NCBI GenBank assembly: GCA_965233585.1 | Contig: CBDDTI010000745.1 | Span: forward strand, 544,001-608,000 | Origin: a bacterium | Lineage (GTDB): Bacteria; SAR324; NAC60-12 | DNA: 64,000 bases | Direction of reading: 5' to 3' | Shown: positions 9,075 through 19,005 of the stretch, piece by piece | How the letters are laid out: every line of letters starts with the position of its first letter | How positions within the stretch are numbered: the stretch's first letter is position 1 | Translations under genes and position numbers: made by a program | The notes under the pieces: model-generated | What the model was told of the DNA's origin: nothing | The model's input: only the letters and a program-made list of their open reading frames with translations | The model's database searches: none

Positions 9075-10446
9075 ACAAAATTTCTATAAGACGTTGTGGT
9101 GCATTGTCAAACTGACCATTGCTCATAAACACAACAACATCTCCTGATTTCATTTGTTGTTTCAAGAATTGAAGCATGTCCTGTGTTTCACTAGCAACCA
9201 AGACTTCTTTTTGTTGTAATTTTAGATGCTGTGCCACTTTGCGAACGTCAAGGTTATTTTCTTTTTGTCGGTAAGGTAAGGCAAGGGCTACGACGTCAGA
9301 CTCCAGCAGTGCTTGTTGGAGTTCTTGTTGATGAATATTGGTGGCAGAAGTCGCACTTCGGGGTTCAAACGCAGCAGCAAGTTGAGCATGAGGAAACCTC
9401 GCTTTGAGTGCTTTTAAAGTTTCATAAACTGCTGTTGGGTGATGAGCAAAGTCGTCAAAGACATGAATCCCCCTATAAATTCCCAATAGCTGAAGCCTCC
9501 TTTTGGGTGGCAGAAAGGAATCAAAAGCCTGTTGAATTGTGTCAACTGAAATCTTGGCTTGTCGTGCCATCAAGAACGTTGCACAGGCATTTCTAGCATT
9601 ATGTTCTCCAAATAAAGGAGTTTTGAAGGATTCCTCCTGACCCTGATAAAGAACGTTAAAGGTTGTTCCTTGCTGATGAGTTTGTAGGTGGCTTAACCTT
9701 GCGTCATTGTTCTCTTCAAAGCCAAAGGTTGTAACAGGAGTCAAAGCCTCTTGTAAGACATCACGGACATGATGATCATCGCCATTTGCGATAATAGAAC
9801 CTGTTTGGGGAATCATTCTTAAAAGTAATTTAAAAGATGCTTTGATGGCATCAAGGGAGTGAAAAATATCGGCATGATCAAATTCCAGATTGTTTAAAAT
9901 GAGACGGCTTGGACGATAATGCAAAAATTTAGAACGTTTGTCAAAAAAAGCAGTGTCATATTCATCACCTTCTATAATAAAGTCATTGCCTTTTGCCTCC
10001 CTTGCACTGACTCCAAAGTTTTCCAAAGCACCCCCTACCATGAAGCCGGGCGAACGTTTTGCTACCTCAAAAATCCATGCAAGCAATGAAGCGGTAGTTG
10101 TCTTACCATGCGTACCAGTAATGCAATAAGAGGTCTTGCCAGCGATAAAATTTTGGTAAAAAAACTCCGATGCAGAGGTATAAGGAAGGTTGAAGTTGAG
10201 AACTGCCTCTACTTCTGGGTTACCTCTTGAAAGTGCATTGCCAATAATGACAAGGTCTGGCTTGGGGGTTAAATGACTTTGATGATACCCTTGAAAGAAC
10301 TGAATATCTTGCTGTAACAATAGGTCACTCATGGGCGGATATATTTTTTCATCTGAACCGCTGACACAGTACCCTTGATTCTTTAGCAAACAGGCTAAAG
10401 ATGCCATTTGTGTCCCGCAAATTCCAATGAGATAAATCTTTTTCAT
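9073..10446 (-). CDS. mpl: Murein peptide ligase
   Basis: IGICGT.M, YPPMS, GTHGKTTT, EGDEYDTAFFDKRSKF, DDFAHHPTA, FEPRS, MSNG.F. Start at 10446 overlaps the dus stop (ATGA). Confidence 0.93.
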   Translation of the reverse strand: MKKIYLIGICGTQMASLACLLKNQGYCVSGSDEKIYPPMSDLLLQQDIQFFQGYHQSHLTPKPDLVIIGNALSRGNPEVEAVLNFNLPYTSASEFFYQNFIAGKTSYCITGTHGKTTTASLLAWIFEVAKRSPGFMVGGALENFGVSAREAKGNDFIIEGDEYDTAFFDKRSKFLHYRPSRLILNNLEFDHADIFHSLDAIKASFKLLLRMIPQTGSIIANGDDHHVRDVLQEALTPVTTFGFEENNDARLSHLQTHQQGTTFNVLYQGQEESFKTPLFGEHNARNACATFLMARQAKISVDTIQQAFDSFLPPKRRLQLLGIYRGIHVFDDFAHHPTAVYETLKALKARFPHAQLAAAFEPRSATSATNIHQQELQQALLESDVVALALPYRQKENNLDVRKVAQHLKLQQKEVLVASETQDMLQFLKQQMKSGDVVVFMSNGQFDNAPQRLIEIL

Positions 10447-11405
10447 ACAGCAAGACAAGAAGGTTCAAGAGGCTGTATGAAAGCAGGATCAAGCAATTTG
10501 GTGAGCATCTGACAAAAGGCTTCTGAAGACTCTGCTTTCATTAAAAGTTGACGATAGTCTTTGGCTTTGTGAAAGCCTTGAATGTAGCCGCTTAAATATT
10601 TGCGGAACTCAAAACGAGCCGCACGACCTGATGCGTATTCTTCCAACAACTGATAATGTTCCAGAGCAATCAAAATTCGTTCTTGAAAAGATGGGGATTT
10701 TTTTTGAAAGACCCAAGGCGCCCCGATTGCGTGCCTGCCTATCATAAATCCATCAAGATTACCAAGACGATTCAAACCATCTTGATAACTTTCTACATCA
10801 CCGTTGCCTAAAACAGGAATGTTTAAGTGTTTTTTTAGCTCATAAATAGGTTGCCAATCTGCCAGACCTTTGAAGGCTTGAGAGTAGGTTCTGCCATGAA
10901 TGGTTAAAAGAGAAACCCCTGCTGACTCAAGCCTTTTTCCAAAATCTATTAACCCTTTGCAAGACTCCCACCCAAGCCTTGTTTTCACAGAAACCTCAAG
11001 ACAACAGGCTTTGCGTATGGCTTCAATGATACGACATGCTGCATCGGGGTCTTTCATTAAAGCACTGCCATGTTGAGAGTGTACGATTTTTTTGGCAGGA
11101 CAGCCCATATTGACGTCAATCCCAGAAACCCCTTGGGACTCTACCAGCTTGGCTACTTCAGCAAACGACTCTGGTTTGTTGCCAAATAATTGCACAAAAT
11201 AAGGAAGCTCACAGGGGTCAAATGCAATTTTACGCACTGCTGCATCGCTCCGAAGAATGCCCTCTGCACTTGTAAACTCACTGAATAAAATCACGTGAGG
11301 GTTCAGCTTTTTGACTACTTGACGAAAAGCTCTATTGGTCACTCCGTCCATTGGTGCAAGAGCCACAATAGGACGTCTTAAATTTGCCCAACAAGTGTAT
11401 TGCAT
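10443..11405 (-). CDS. dus: tRNA-dihydrouridine synthase (DusB-like)
   Basis: LAPMDGVT, VQLFG, IDVNMGCP, IHGRT, GNGDV, MIGR. Confidence 0.9.
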   Translation of the reverse strand: MQYTCWANLRRPIVALAPMDGVTNRAFRQVVKKLNPHVILFSEFTSAEGILRSDAAVRKIAFDPCELPYFVQLFGNKPESFAEVAKLVESQGVSGIDVNMGCPAKKIVHSQHGSALMKDPDAACRIIEAIRKACCLEVSVKTRLGWESCKGLIDFGKRLESAGVSLLTIHGRTYSQAFKGLADWQPIYELKKHLNIPVLGNGDVESYQDGLNRLGNLDGFMIGRHAIGAPWVFQKKSPSFQERILIALEHYQLLEEYASGRAARFEFRKYLSGYIQGFHKAKDYRQLLMKAESSEAFCQMLTKLLDPAFIQPLEPSCLAV

Positions 11406-11548
11406 AGTTTTAGAAAATGATAATGATTCAACAAGAGGCAAAACAAACGATGAAAAAAGCCAACCTGCTAGGTTAACTTTTTGGAATCATAAAATCAAAT
11501 TTTCTCAAGGGTTTGTTAAAATTATTTAATTTTTTTTACATTTTTATA

Positions 11549-11577
11549 TTGATTTTCTACCTGTCGTTGAATATAAT
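11549..11577 (+). promoter_or_regulatory. sigma70-like promoter for the Omp85-type gene
   Basis: TTGATT(11549)-17-TATAAT(11572). Confidence 0.6.
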
Positions 11578-11593
11578 ACTGAATTTGGGTTGG

Positions 11594-11720
11594 TTACCTT
11601 CATCTCTTTCAATAAATTCATGTCTTTGGAAATGATTTTTTAGGAAGAAGTGGTTAATTGCCTTCCTCTGTTTCAATAAACTCATGTCTTTAGACAGAGT
11701 TTTTAGAAAGAGATTGGTGG
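11594..11720 (+). repeat. Two imperfect ~64-bp direct repeats in a long 5' leader
   Basis: TTACCTTCATCTCTTTCAATAAATTCATGTCTTTGG... at 11594 vs TTGCCTTCCTCTGTTTCAATAAACTCATGTCTTTAG... at 11658. Confidence 0.8.
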
Positions 11721-11788
11721 ACAGTTTGGGATTGATCAATCCTTTTGGTTTTTATTTTTTAACTCATTATATAAAAGGAGCTTTAATT

Positions 11789-13036
11789 ATGAAAAAGTAT
11801 ATTGCTTTTTTGCTTGGTGGACTTGTGGCAGCGCAAACCTTGAATGCACAGCTATTGATTGAACGTCGTAAGGATCAATTCCCAAAAGATTCAGGTTATC
11901 TGGTTTTACCAGCACCTTATGTGATTCCTGGGATTGGAAATGGTGTTGCAGTTGTTGGAGGAATCAGTGACATTTCGGAAAGCACTACCGATGTTCTTGC
12001 AGTGGTCATTGCTGGTGATGTTGAGGGGGCAAGTCTAATTTTGAACCAACTGCCTGTTTTCACTGAGCGTTTATTGTTCAGTACTTTTGTTTCTAATATT
12101 ACGAAAGCATCAGCCAATGTCTATCAATTCCGTGGTATGGAAGATAACGATAAAGATGACTTTAACATTTTTGAAGCTGAATCTACCTTTGCTGGGCAAT
12201 CTTTGGAGTTAAATTTCTGGGAGAGAAGGTTTTCATTCATTGTTGCACTGACTCAGAGCAGTGTCAAAGTTACAAAAATTAAAGACAAAGATGGAGAAGT
12301 GATTATAGACTTCACGAATACTGATGATGATTCTGGATTATCTGCTCGTACTCGTTTTGACATGACTGATGACTTGGCTGACCCACGCAAGGGGATTCGC
12401 TTAGACGCTAGACGCACTTTTCCTGAAGAAACAAGTGATAAATTTAAATCAGATTTCTATGTCCAAGATTATTCAGCAACTTTTTATTTTCCAGTCTTCA
12501 GTAGCAGTACTATTGTGTCTCATTATTTTCAGTCTGATGCTTTTGTCACTCGCGAAGCAACAACTGATGAGGATGAACTTTTTAAAAAGTTTGACGTTAA
12601 TAATTGTGCGGATGAATGCTCTGAGATAGAAGACTTCACCTTAAAGCACATTTCACGAAAACGTTCCTTAGCAAATAAAAATGGTACAGCAACTCCATTA
12701 GGAGGTACAAATTTATTAAGAGCTTATCCCAATGCACGTTTTGTAGGGGCTCATTCTGCACTGGCTGGAGTTGAATGGCGTTGGAATTTAACTGATTCAG
12801 ACGAGTCTTTCAGCTTATTTTCCTTTGATAATATCCGCCTAGGTTTACAAATGGCATTTTTCTATGAAGAAGGGACAGTGTCTGAAACCTCTGGAGACCT
12901 TTGGGCAGAAAAACAAACTGCGACTGGGGCGAGCTTCCGATTGGTAAGCCCTACTGGAGCAGTCTATCGTTTAAGTGCTGCTCAAGGAGAAGAAGGTTCT
13001 CAAGCAATCCTCTTCTTCAATTATCCATGGGGCTAG
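11789..13036 (+). CDS. BamA/TamA (Omp85)-type beta-barrel lacking POTRA domains
   Basis: AAAGGAG RBS then MKKYIAF signal peptide; D...DPRKG, LGG.N.LRAY...RF.G loop motif; aromatic C-terminal strand. Confidence 0.7.
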   Translation: MKKYIAFLLGGLVAAQTLNAQLLIERRKDQFPKDSGYLVLPAPYVIPGIGNGVAVVGGISDISESTTDVLAVVIAGDVEGASLILNQLPVFTERLLFSTFVSNITKASANVYQFRGMEDNDKDDFNIFEAESTFAGQSLELNFWERRFSFIVALTQSSVKVTKIKDKDGEVIIDFTNTDDDSGLSARTRFDMTDDLADPRKGIRLDARRTFPEETSDKFKSDFYVQDYSATFYFPVFSSSTIVSHYFQSDAFVTREATTDEDELFKKFDVNNCADECSEIEDFTLKHISRKRSLANKNGTATPLGGTNLLRAYPNARFVGAHSALAGVEWRWNLTDSDESFSLFSFDNIRLGLQMAFFYEEGTVSETSGDLWAEKQTATGASFRLVSPTGAVYRLSAAQGEEGSQAILFFNYPWG

Positions 13037-13060
13037 ATTCTAAAACAAAGGCATTCAGTA

Positions 13061-13097
13061 TAAAACACTCAAAAACGTTTCCTTTTTGGGTGTTTTA
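13061..13097. terminator. Bidirectional terminator between convergent genes
   Basis: TAAAACACTCAAAAA...TTTTTGGGTGTTTTA. Confidence 0.6.
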
Positions 13098-13228
13098 GTT
13101 AAAGAATGTTTTGCGTACATAATAGCAACCTAACCAACAATTTTAGGCAAGAGTCCCTAAAAATTTTGGAAAATTGGAGAAATTGAGAGAGTTTAGAAAA
13201 AATTAAAAAACTTTGAGACAGAAGAATT

Positions 13229-13579
13229 TTAATAAAGTTCTAACTCTAGGTCACTCCAAATTCTTACAAAATTCGTGAGTGTCTTTTTTTGCCAGAAAAT
13301 TTGGTTAGAGCCAAGACATTTAATCTTTTTTGAAGAAGCCGCTTGTTTGCGAGCGTACAGAACGAATTTACTGATAGTACTCACTCCCGAACTATTTAAA
13401 AAATTCAGTTCTGTCAGATCCAAAGTAATACCAGAGTCTGATTCATCAAAAGCACTTTGTAGAAGGTTTGCTATTTCTGAATATTCTTGGGTGTCTCTCA
13501 GACGTAGCTCTCCCGATAACTTGATTTTTTGTTCTTCTTGAATATAGATCGCCTTATATTCATCACCTGTTATTTCCAT
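13229..13579 (-). CDS. STAS-domain anti-anti-sigma factor (Slr1659-like)
   Basis: G.LRL, LDLTELNFLNSSG.S (phosphorylatable Ser), WQKKTL.N. Confidence 0.8.
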   Translation of the reverse strand: MEITGDEYKAIYIQEEQKIKLSGELRLRDTQEYSEIANLLQSAFDESDSGITLDLTELNFLNSSGVSTISKFVLYARKQAASSKKIKCLGSNQIFWQKKTLTNFVRIWSDLELELY

Positions 13580-13621
13580 AAAGCATTATAAATATTTGGA
13601 TTAGTAAAATTTTGATAAAAA

Positions 13622-14170
13622 CTAAAGCTCCAACCTAGTTAAAATTTCTACTTCACAGAGGTTGTCTTCAGTCTTGGCTTGAGTAAAATTAAATCCTAAT
13701 TTCACATCGTAATCCTGCATCATCATTAAGTATCCCATTCCAGATCCCTCCTCTTCTTCCAATCTTTGGAAATAGAGTTCTGTCAAGTCAGAATTTAATA
13801 GTTCATTGATTTTATCAACAAATTTGTTTGCTGATTCTTTTGTTAGCAAGTGATGAACTTTAAAGGCAACTCGCCCTTCTTTATGAAAAAAAGTTTTAAC
13901 TTTGACTGAAGAATCTTTGACATCGCAATATTTACTTACATTCTCAATGAGTTCATTTAAAATAAACGATACCACATTCAAGAAATCATCTTGACTTACT
14001 CCTTCGTGATTAAACTCCGTTGCATAGTATTCAGCCCAAAAATTAGCAACCATACTGCAACGTTTCCAAGTAAGTCTAAAATCTTCAGTTTTTGCGTCAA
14101 AAGTAGATATACTGTATCCCTCATCTTGCAATTCCTTATCTGAAAGGTATTGCCCTATACATTGTTCCAT
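13622..14170 (-). CDS. HATPase-like anti-sigma/kinase-type regulator (Slr1658-like)
   Basis: NELIEN..KY N-box, SGMGY G-box; lies between PP2C and STAS genes. Confidence 0.75.
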   Translation of the reverse strand: MEQCIGQYLSDKELQDEGYSISTFDAKTEDFRLTWKRCSMVANFWAEYYATEFNHEGVSQDDFLNVVSFILNELIENVSKYCDVKDSSVKVKTFFHKEGRVAFKVHHLLTKESANKFVDKINELLNSDLTELYFQRLEEEEGSGMGYLMMMQDYDVKLGFNFTQAKTEDNLCEVEILTRLEL

Positions 14171-14205
14171 TGTCTAAACCTATTTATCAAAAATTGAAAA
14201 GTCTA

Positions 14206-15843
14206 TTAGTTTTGTTTGATTGCAACTAGTGAAATATCATCATAAATTTTGGCATCACCAATATAATCAAGTAAACTTTGATGGATACCATCTATAATTT
14301 CCTGGGCATTGGATTGGTGATATTTTTGAACAAACTTGACCAAATTCTCTGTTCCAAATTCTTCTCTTTGTGGGTTAATCGCTTCTGTTACTCCATCACT
14401 GTAAAGCACCATGACATCACCTTTTTCCATCTGAAAAGAACGAGTGTTGGTAAAATCTGATATATCAGGCTCCATTCCAACATAGAATCCCAGGCTAATT
14501 GTTTCAATTTCTTCAATCTCTCCTGATTGACGACAAATGATCACACTTTCATGCTGTCCTACAATAGTATATTTATTTTGATATGCAAAAATGAGTGCCA
14601 TTGTCATATTTTTGGTAGCATCAATGCGCTGTGCATTTTGATAGATCACATAGTTGACCCGATTTAAAAATTCTTCCATTCCCAGCTCATCAGCGCTAAG
14701 AGTTCGTATTGCAGTTTGCGCCATCAGCATTAAAACTCCTGAAGACAACCCATGTCCTGTCACATCACCAATACCAATTAAAATGCCATCATTCGGTAAA
14801 GGCAAGATGTCGTAATAGTCTCCCCCAACTTCATCAGCAGGAGACATAAAACCAGCAACGTCAATTCTTTCAAATTGTTTAGTTTCTTTTAACTCTTGGT
14901 TACTAGGGAGTACCATCATTTGGAGTTCCTTAGCGACATTAAGTTCGGCAGACATTCTGCGGTTTTCTCCTTTGAGTTCTGCATTTAACTCTTGGATACG
15001 ATCATTTGCTTGTGAAAGCTCTTTTGTCCTGTCTGCTACTTTCTGCTCAAGGTTTTTTCTGTAATCGTCAATAGTTCTTTCATATTCATTAAAACTATGG
15101 ATCATATCTCCGATTTCATCATTGTCTTTGGTCTCATAGGCATCACACGTGTCTTCTTTGGCAGCATCTTTCAAGAAGGCAGAAAAGACGATAATCCTTC
15201 TAATCGGTTTAACTAAGCTGTAAGTCACCAAACTTAGAACAATAATACTGATTAAAGTGATGATAAGCCAAGCGATCACTAAAAGATTTTGAGTGTCCTT
15301 TGCATGTTGTGAAACCACAAGGTCTGTATCTTGTTGAATTTGTTGAATGACTTCTCCAAGTATTTCTGACGTTTTGCCCCCTTTTCCTCTGACTGAACGA
15401 TCACCCTTAGACGCATCTTGTGTTTCTATGAAAAGTTTCACACCATCTTCATAAGCAAGCATCAATGCTTTGTGGTCTTTGACAAAAGTTTGTAACTTTT
15501 CTGCATAAGGATTTGCAATAGAATGTTCTATCGCTTTCTGGATCATTTCATAGATCCTTTGGCTTCTTTCTGCGACACGTTTTTGGTATTTCTTCAGATC
15601 TTTTTCTTTGTGACCTCTCAAAAAAAGGTTTTTACGATCCTTCGCCTGTGAGTCAAATTGACTTTGAATTTTCTCAATTTCTAAACGAAGTTGATTGTAC
15701 TCATTGGTTTGCTGGTTGAGTTGTTTTAGGTTGAGATTAATCCAAAAAAAGAAAGAGGCTATTCCGACAGTCAGTAAGACAACAGAACTAATGATGACTT
15801 GAATGATTCTTTTGACAATACTTTGACGCTTTTGTATCTCCAT
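14206..15843 (-). CDS. Membrane sensor SpoIIE/PP2C phosphatase (helical periplasmic domain, HAMP, coiled coil)
   Basis: Two TMs, DEIG..SFN, EVGGDYYD, IGDVTGHG, YSDGVTEA, DDISL. Confidence 0.9.
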   Translation of the reverse strand: MEIQKRQSIVKRIIQVIISSVVLLTVGIASFFFWINLNLKQLNQQTNEYNQLRLEIEKIQSQFDSQAKDRKNLFLRGHKEKDLKKYQKRVAERSQRIYEMIQKAIEHSIANPYAEKLQTFVKDHKALMLAYEDGVKLFIETQDASKGDRSVRGKGGKTSEILGEVIQQIQQDTDLVVSQHAKDTQNLLVIAWLIITLISIIVLSLVTYSLVKPIRRIIVFSAFLKDAAKEDTCDAYETKDNDEIGDMIHSFNEYERTIDDYRKNLEQKVADRTKELSQANDRIQELNAELKGENRRMSAELNVAKELQMMVLPSNQELKETKQFERIDVAGFMSPADEVGGDYYDILPLPNDGILIGIGDVTGHGLSSGVLMLMAQTAIRTLSADELGMEEFLNRVNYVIYQNAQRIDATKNMTMALIFAYQNKYTIVGQHESVIICRQSGEIEEIETISLGFYVGMEPDISDFTNTRSFQMEKGDVMVLYSDGVTEAINPQREEFGTENLVKFVQKYHQSNAQEIIDGIHQSLLDYIGDAKIYDDISLVAIKQN

Positions 15844-15879
15844 AAATTGATTGCTGTATGTTGACTATGATTTAGATGA

Positions 15880-16959
15880 TCAGATTTCTGTTCTTTTTTT
15901 CTTTTTAGAATAATTGATGAGATGTTGTACCCCCATCACTGTACCCGTCAACCAAAGAATGAGGGCAAAAATAGCGGCAGGAAGAAAAATCCACATACTG
16001 ATATTTTTATTTAAATTTAAAAAACGTCCTTCGTGTATGTCTTCAATGAAGTCTGTCCTACGACGAACAACTTGCAGTATTTCTGCCGTCTGATGGTCAA
16101 AAACAATTTCAAACTTTTCATACCATGCTTTTGTTCGGATAGTGGCAATGCCTTTGCTGGGGTAAACATACAAACGATCCACATCTTTCCACTTTTTAAT
16201 AGGGACTTCTGACACATTTTTGGCACTATCCAAAATTTGACTAAAATCTGCCAGAGGAATTTTGCCGGGGCGAGTTTCATGTTTGGGGTAAACCCAAGTG
16301 GACAAATGCCTGACCTGAAGAAACATTCCTGAAATGATGACGATAAATAGTGGAATCATTAAAGGGAGAGACAGCCAGTAGTGCATTTGACGATTCAACT
16401 TTTTCCAATTCAACTTAGTTCTTTTTTTGGAAAATAAGTTTTTGACTTCTCTCCTGATAGGCTTCAAGAGCATCCAAAAACCAGAGACGAGCAGAAAAGT
16501 AAAAACAATGTTAGCCAGCAAAAAGACGTTGTGACGCAGGTTAATCCCTTCATCAACATTAAAAGGCGTTGCCCAGACTCCCTCATGTATCAAAGTTAGC
16601 CAATCGTTATGTCGTTTCATGACCTGAATTGTTTGACCTGTGACTAAATCCATCTGAGCCTCCCACCTCGTGTTAGTTCTCACCTTGACGATTCCCTTGT
16701 TAGGACGCAAATCTAACAAATAAATATCCTCCCACCCTGACACACTCATCTGGGGAGCAGACTTGGCATTTTGAATAATTTGGTCGTACGTGATTCTTAC
16801 ATCATATTTGGTTTTAGTTTTTTGAGTGGGCGGCTGAATCCAGTCCACCTGTCGTCTAACTTGTATAAAAATTCCTGTAACGATGACTATGAAAATGGGT
16901 ATGCCAGTGATAATAGAACCCCAAAGATGAAGTTTGCGATTGAGCGAGTAAAATTTCAT
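15880..16959 (-). CDS. PepSY-associated TM protein with two tandem units
   Basis: Two repeats of NR.(L/M)H.W.S...P.FIVI..G.F.QVR ... IHEG; start MKFYSLNRKLH at 16959. Confidence 0.8.
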   Translation of the reverse strand: MKFYSLNRKLHLWGSIITGIPIFIVIVTGIFIQVRRQVDWIQPPTQKTKTKYDVRITYDQIIQNAKSAPQMSVSGWEDIYLLDLRPNKGIVKVRTNTRWEAQMDLVTGQTIQVMKRHNDWLTLIHEGVWATPFNVDEGINLRHNVFLLANIVFTFLLVSGFWMLLKPIRREVKNLFSKKRTKLNWKKLNRQMHYWLSLPLMIPLFIVIISGMFLQVRHLSTWVYPKHETRPGKIPLADFSQILDSAKNVSEVPIKKWKDVDRLYVYPSKGIATIRTKAWYEKFEIVFDHQTAEILQVVRRRTDFIEDIHEGRFLNLNKNISMWIFLPAAIFALILWLTGTVMGVQHLINYSKKKKRTEI

Positions 16960-17312
16960 AAATTTACCTATATTAGAGTTGAATAATAAGCCAAGTCTCA
17001 CATGATCAACCCAACGCACTGTCAAACCAGCACTTTGAGACAATCAGGTAAGACGTGGCATTGTGAATGTTAAATGTAAAAAATGCAAGCTGTTTTTAAT
17101 GATTTTTGAGTTGTTTTTTCTGAAAATAATATTTTTTTTGATTTTTTAAAGGTCTATAAGTCAAGCAAATAAAAAGTCTTGGAAAGAATTTAAGAATGTT
17201 GGAAAAAATGAAAAATTAATAAACCTATCTGATAAGGAATTGGCGATGTATTGTCTTCAAGTATTGAAAGTAATGGCAGGGTTCAATTCTGTGATCATCC
17301 TGATAGATGCTT

Positions 17313-19001
17313 TTAAGCGAAATTGAACTTGGGCATGGATTCTAACAGGCTTTGAGTATAGGGAGATTGAGGATTTTTGAAGACGTCCTCGCCTTGTCCG
17401 ATTTCTACCACTTCACCATCTTTCATAATCATGACGCGGTCGCACATTTGACGAATCACTGCCAAATCGTGGCTGACAAACAGCATGGTCAGCCCTAGTT
17501 CCTCTTGTAAATCCTTCATCAAGTTTAACAGTTCTGCCTGTACGGTCACATCTAGTGCTGAGGTAGGTTCGTCACAGAATAGAAAGTCGGGACGGAAACT
17601 TAATGCCCGAGCAATCCCAATACGTTGTCGTTCACCCCCTGAAAAATGGTGAGGCTTCTTGTGTACATCATCAGCTCTCAACCCTACTAATTCCATTAAA
17701 TCTGATGCCAGTTGATTCGCATCTTTTGCAGGTAATAGTTGATGAGTTTTCAGAGCGTGGACAATATTTTCCCCCGCACTCATACGCGGATTGAGTGATG
17801 AGTAGGGGTCTTGGAAAATACATTGCAGGGACAGGCAATGTTTAATGCGGTCTTCAGTAGATGTGATTGTGTTAATATTCTGTCCCTTATACACAACCTG
17901 AGACCCATCGTCGCCGTCGTACAGCCCTAAAATCACCCTTCCAACAGTGGATTTGCCAGAGCCTGACTCACCGATAATGCCCAGTGTCTCCCCTGCTAAC
18001 ACGTCAAAGTTGATGTCCTTTAGGGCGTTAAAAACTTCAGTTTTTCCAAAGAAAGAACCTTTTCTCACAAAGGTTTTAGACACATTACGAACAGTCAATA
18101 GAACTGCATCATCTGTGATGATATGAGATTCCTGTTTATCCTTCAGGTAGTCAATGGCGCGTCCACGGTTCCCTGCAACAATGGGTGTAGGAACTTGAAA
18201 ACGGTGAATTTTTTTGTCCACTCGTGGGATAGACCGCATGAGAGATTGAGTGTACTCCACCTGTGCATTGAGCAAAATATCACTGGTGGTGTTATGTTCC
18301 AATAGTTGACCATGACGTAATACGTACACATAGTCACACATTTCTGCAATCACCCCCATATCGTGGGTAATCAATATGATAGCAATGTTGTGTTCTTTGA
18401 CCATGTTTTTAAGGGTCTGCAATACTGCCTTTTGTACCGTCACGTCTAAGGCAGTAGTAGGTTCGTCTGCAATAATCAAATCAGGGTTGGCTGCAATAGC
18501 AATGGCAAAGACTACACGCTGACATAACCCCCCTGACAGTTGATGGGGGTATTTGTTGAGCCGACTTTCTGCCATGGGTACCTTTGCCCCTTGTAGTAAT
18601 TCAATGGCGTATGCACGGGCATCGTTCCCTTTTTTATCCGTGTGTCTTTCAATGGTTTCTATGATTTGTTCACCAATGGTAAGAACGGGGTTTAGGGCTG
18701 TCATGGGATTTTGGTAAACATAGCCAATTTTATGCCCCCGTATGGATTTATAAAACTGTTCAGACTGATTGGATATGAGAGTATTGTTCATAGTGATAGT
18801 GCCGTTTGTGATAGAAGCACTTTCATCTAAGATGCCCAGCATGGCTTTGCCAATAGTGGATTTGCCTGCCCCACTTTCTCCCACTATCCCTACAATTTCA
18901 CCTTTGTCAACTGTCATAGACATGCTGTTTAGAGCTGTGAATTGTCCGCCTTTGGTTTTATAAGTGATGGTTAAATCTTGTACGTTAATCAGTTTATCCA
19001 T
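17313..19001 (-). CDS. Peptide ABC transporter, fused double ATPase (DppDF-like)
   Basis: GESGAGKS / GESGSGKS, LSGG/FSGG signatures, DEPT twice. Confidence 0.92.
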   Translation of the reverse strand: MDKLINVQDLTITYKTKGGQFTALNSMSMTVDKGEIVGIVGESGAGKSTIGKAMLGILDESASITNGTITMNNTLISNQSEQFYKSIRGHKIGYVYQNPMTALNPVLTIGEQIIETIERHTDKKGNDARAYAIELLQGAKVPMAESRLNKYPHQLSGGLCQRVVFAIAIAANPDLIIADEPTTALDVTVQKAVLQTLKNMVKEHNIAIILITHDMGVIAEMCDYVYVLRHGQLLEHNTTSDILLNAQVEYTQSLMRSIPRVDKKIHRFQVPTPIVAGNRGRAIDYLKDKQESHIITDDAVLLTVRNVSKTFVRKGSFFGKTEVFNALKDINFDVLAGETLGIIGESGSGKSTVGRVILGLYDGDDGSQVVYKGQNINTITSTEDRIKHCLSLQCIFQDPYSSLNPRMSAGENIVHALKTHQLLPAKDANQLASDLMELVGLRADDVHKKPHHFSGGERQRIGIARALSFRPDFLFCDEPTSALDVTVQAELLNLMKDLQEELGLTMLFVSHDLAVIRQMCDRVMIMKDGEVVEIGQGEDVFKNPQSPYTQSLLESMPKFNFA

Positions 19002-19005
19002 AGTG

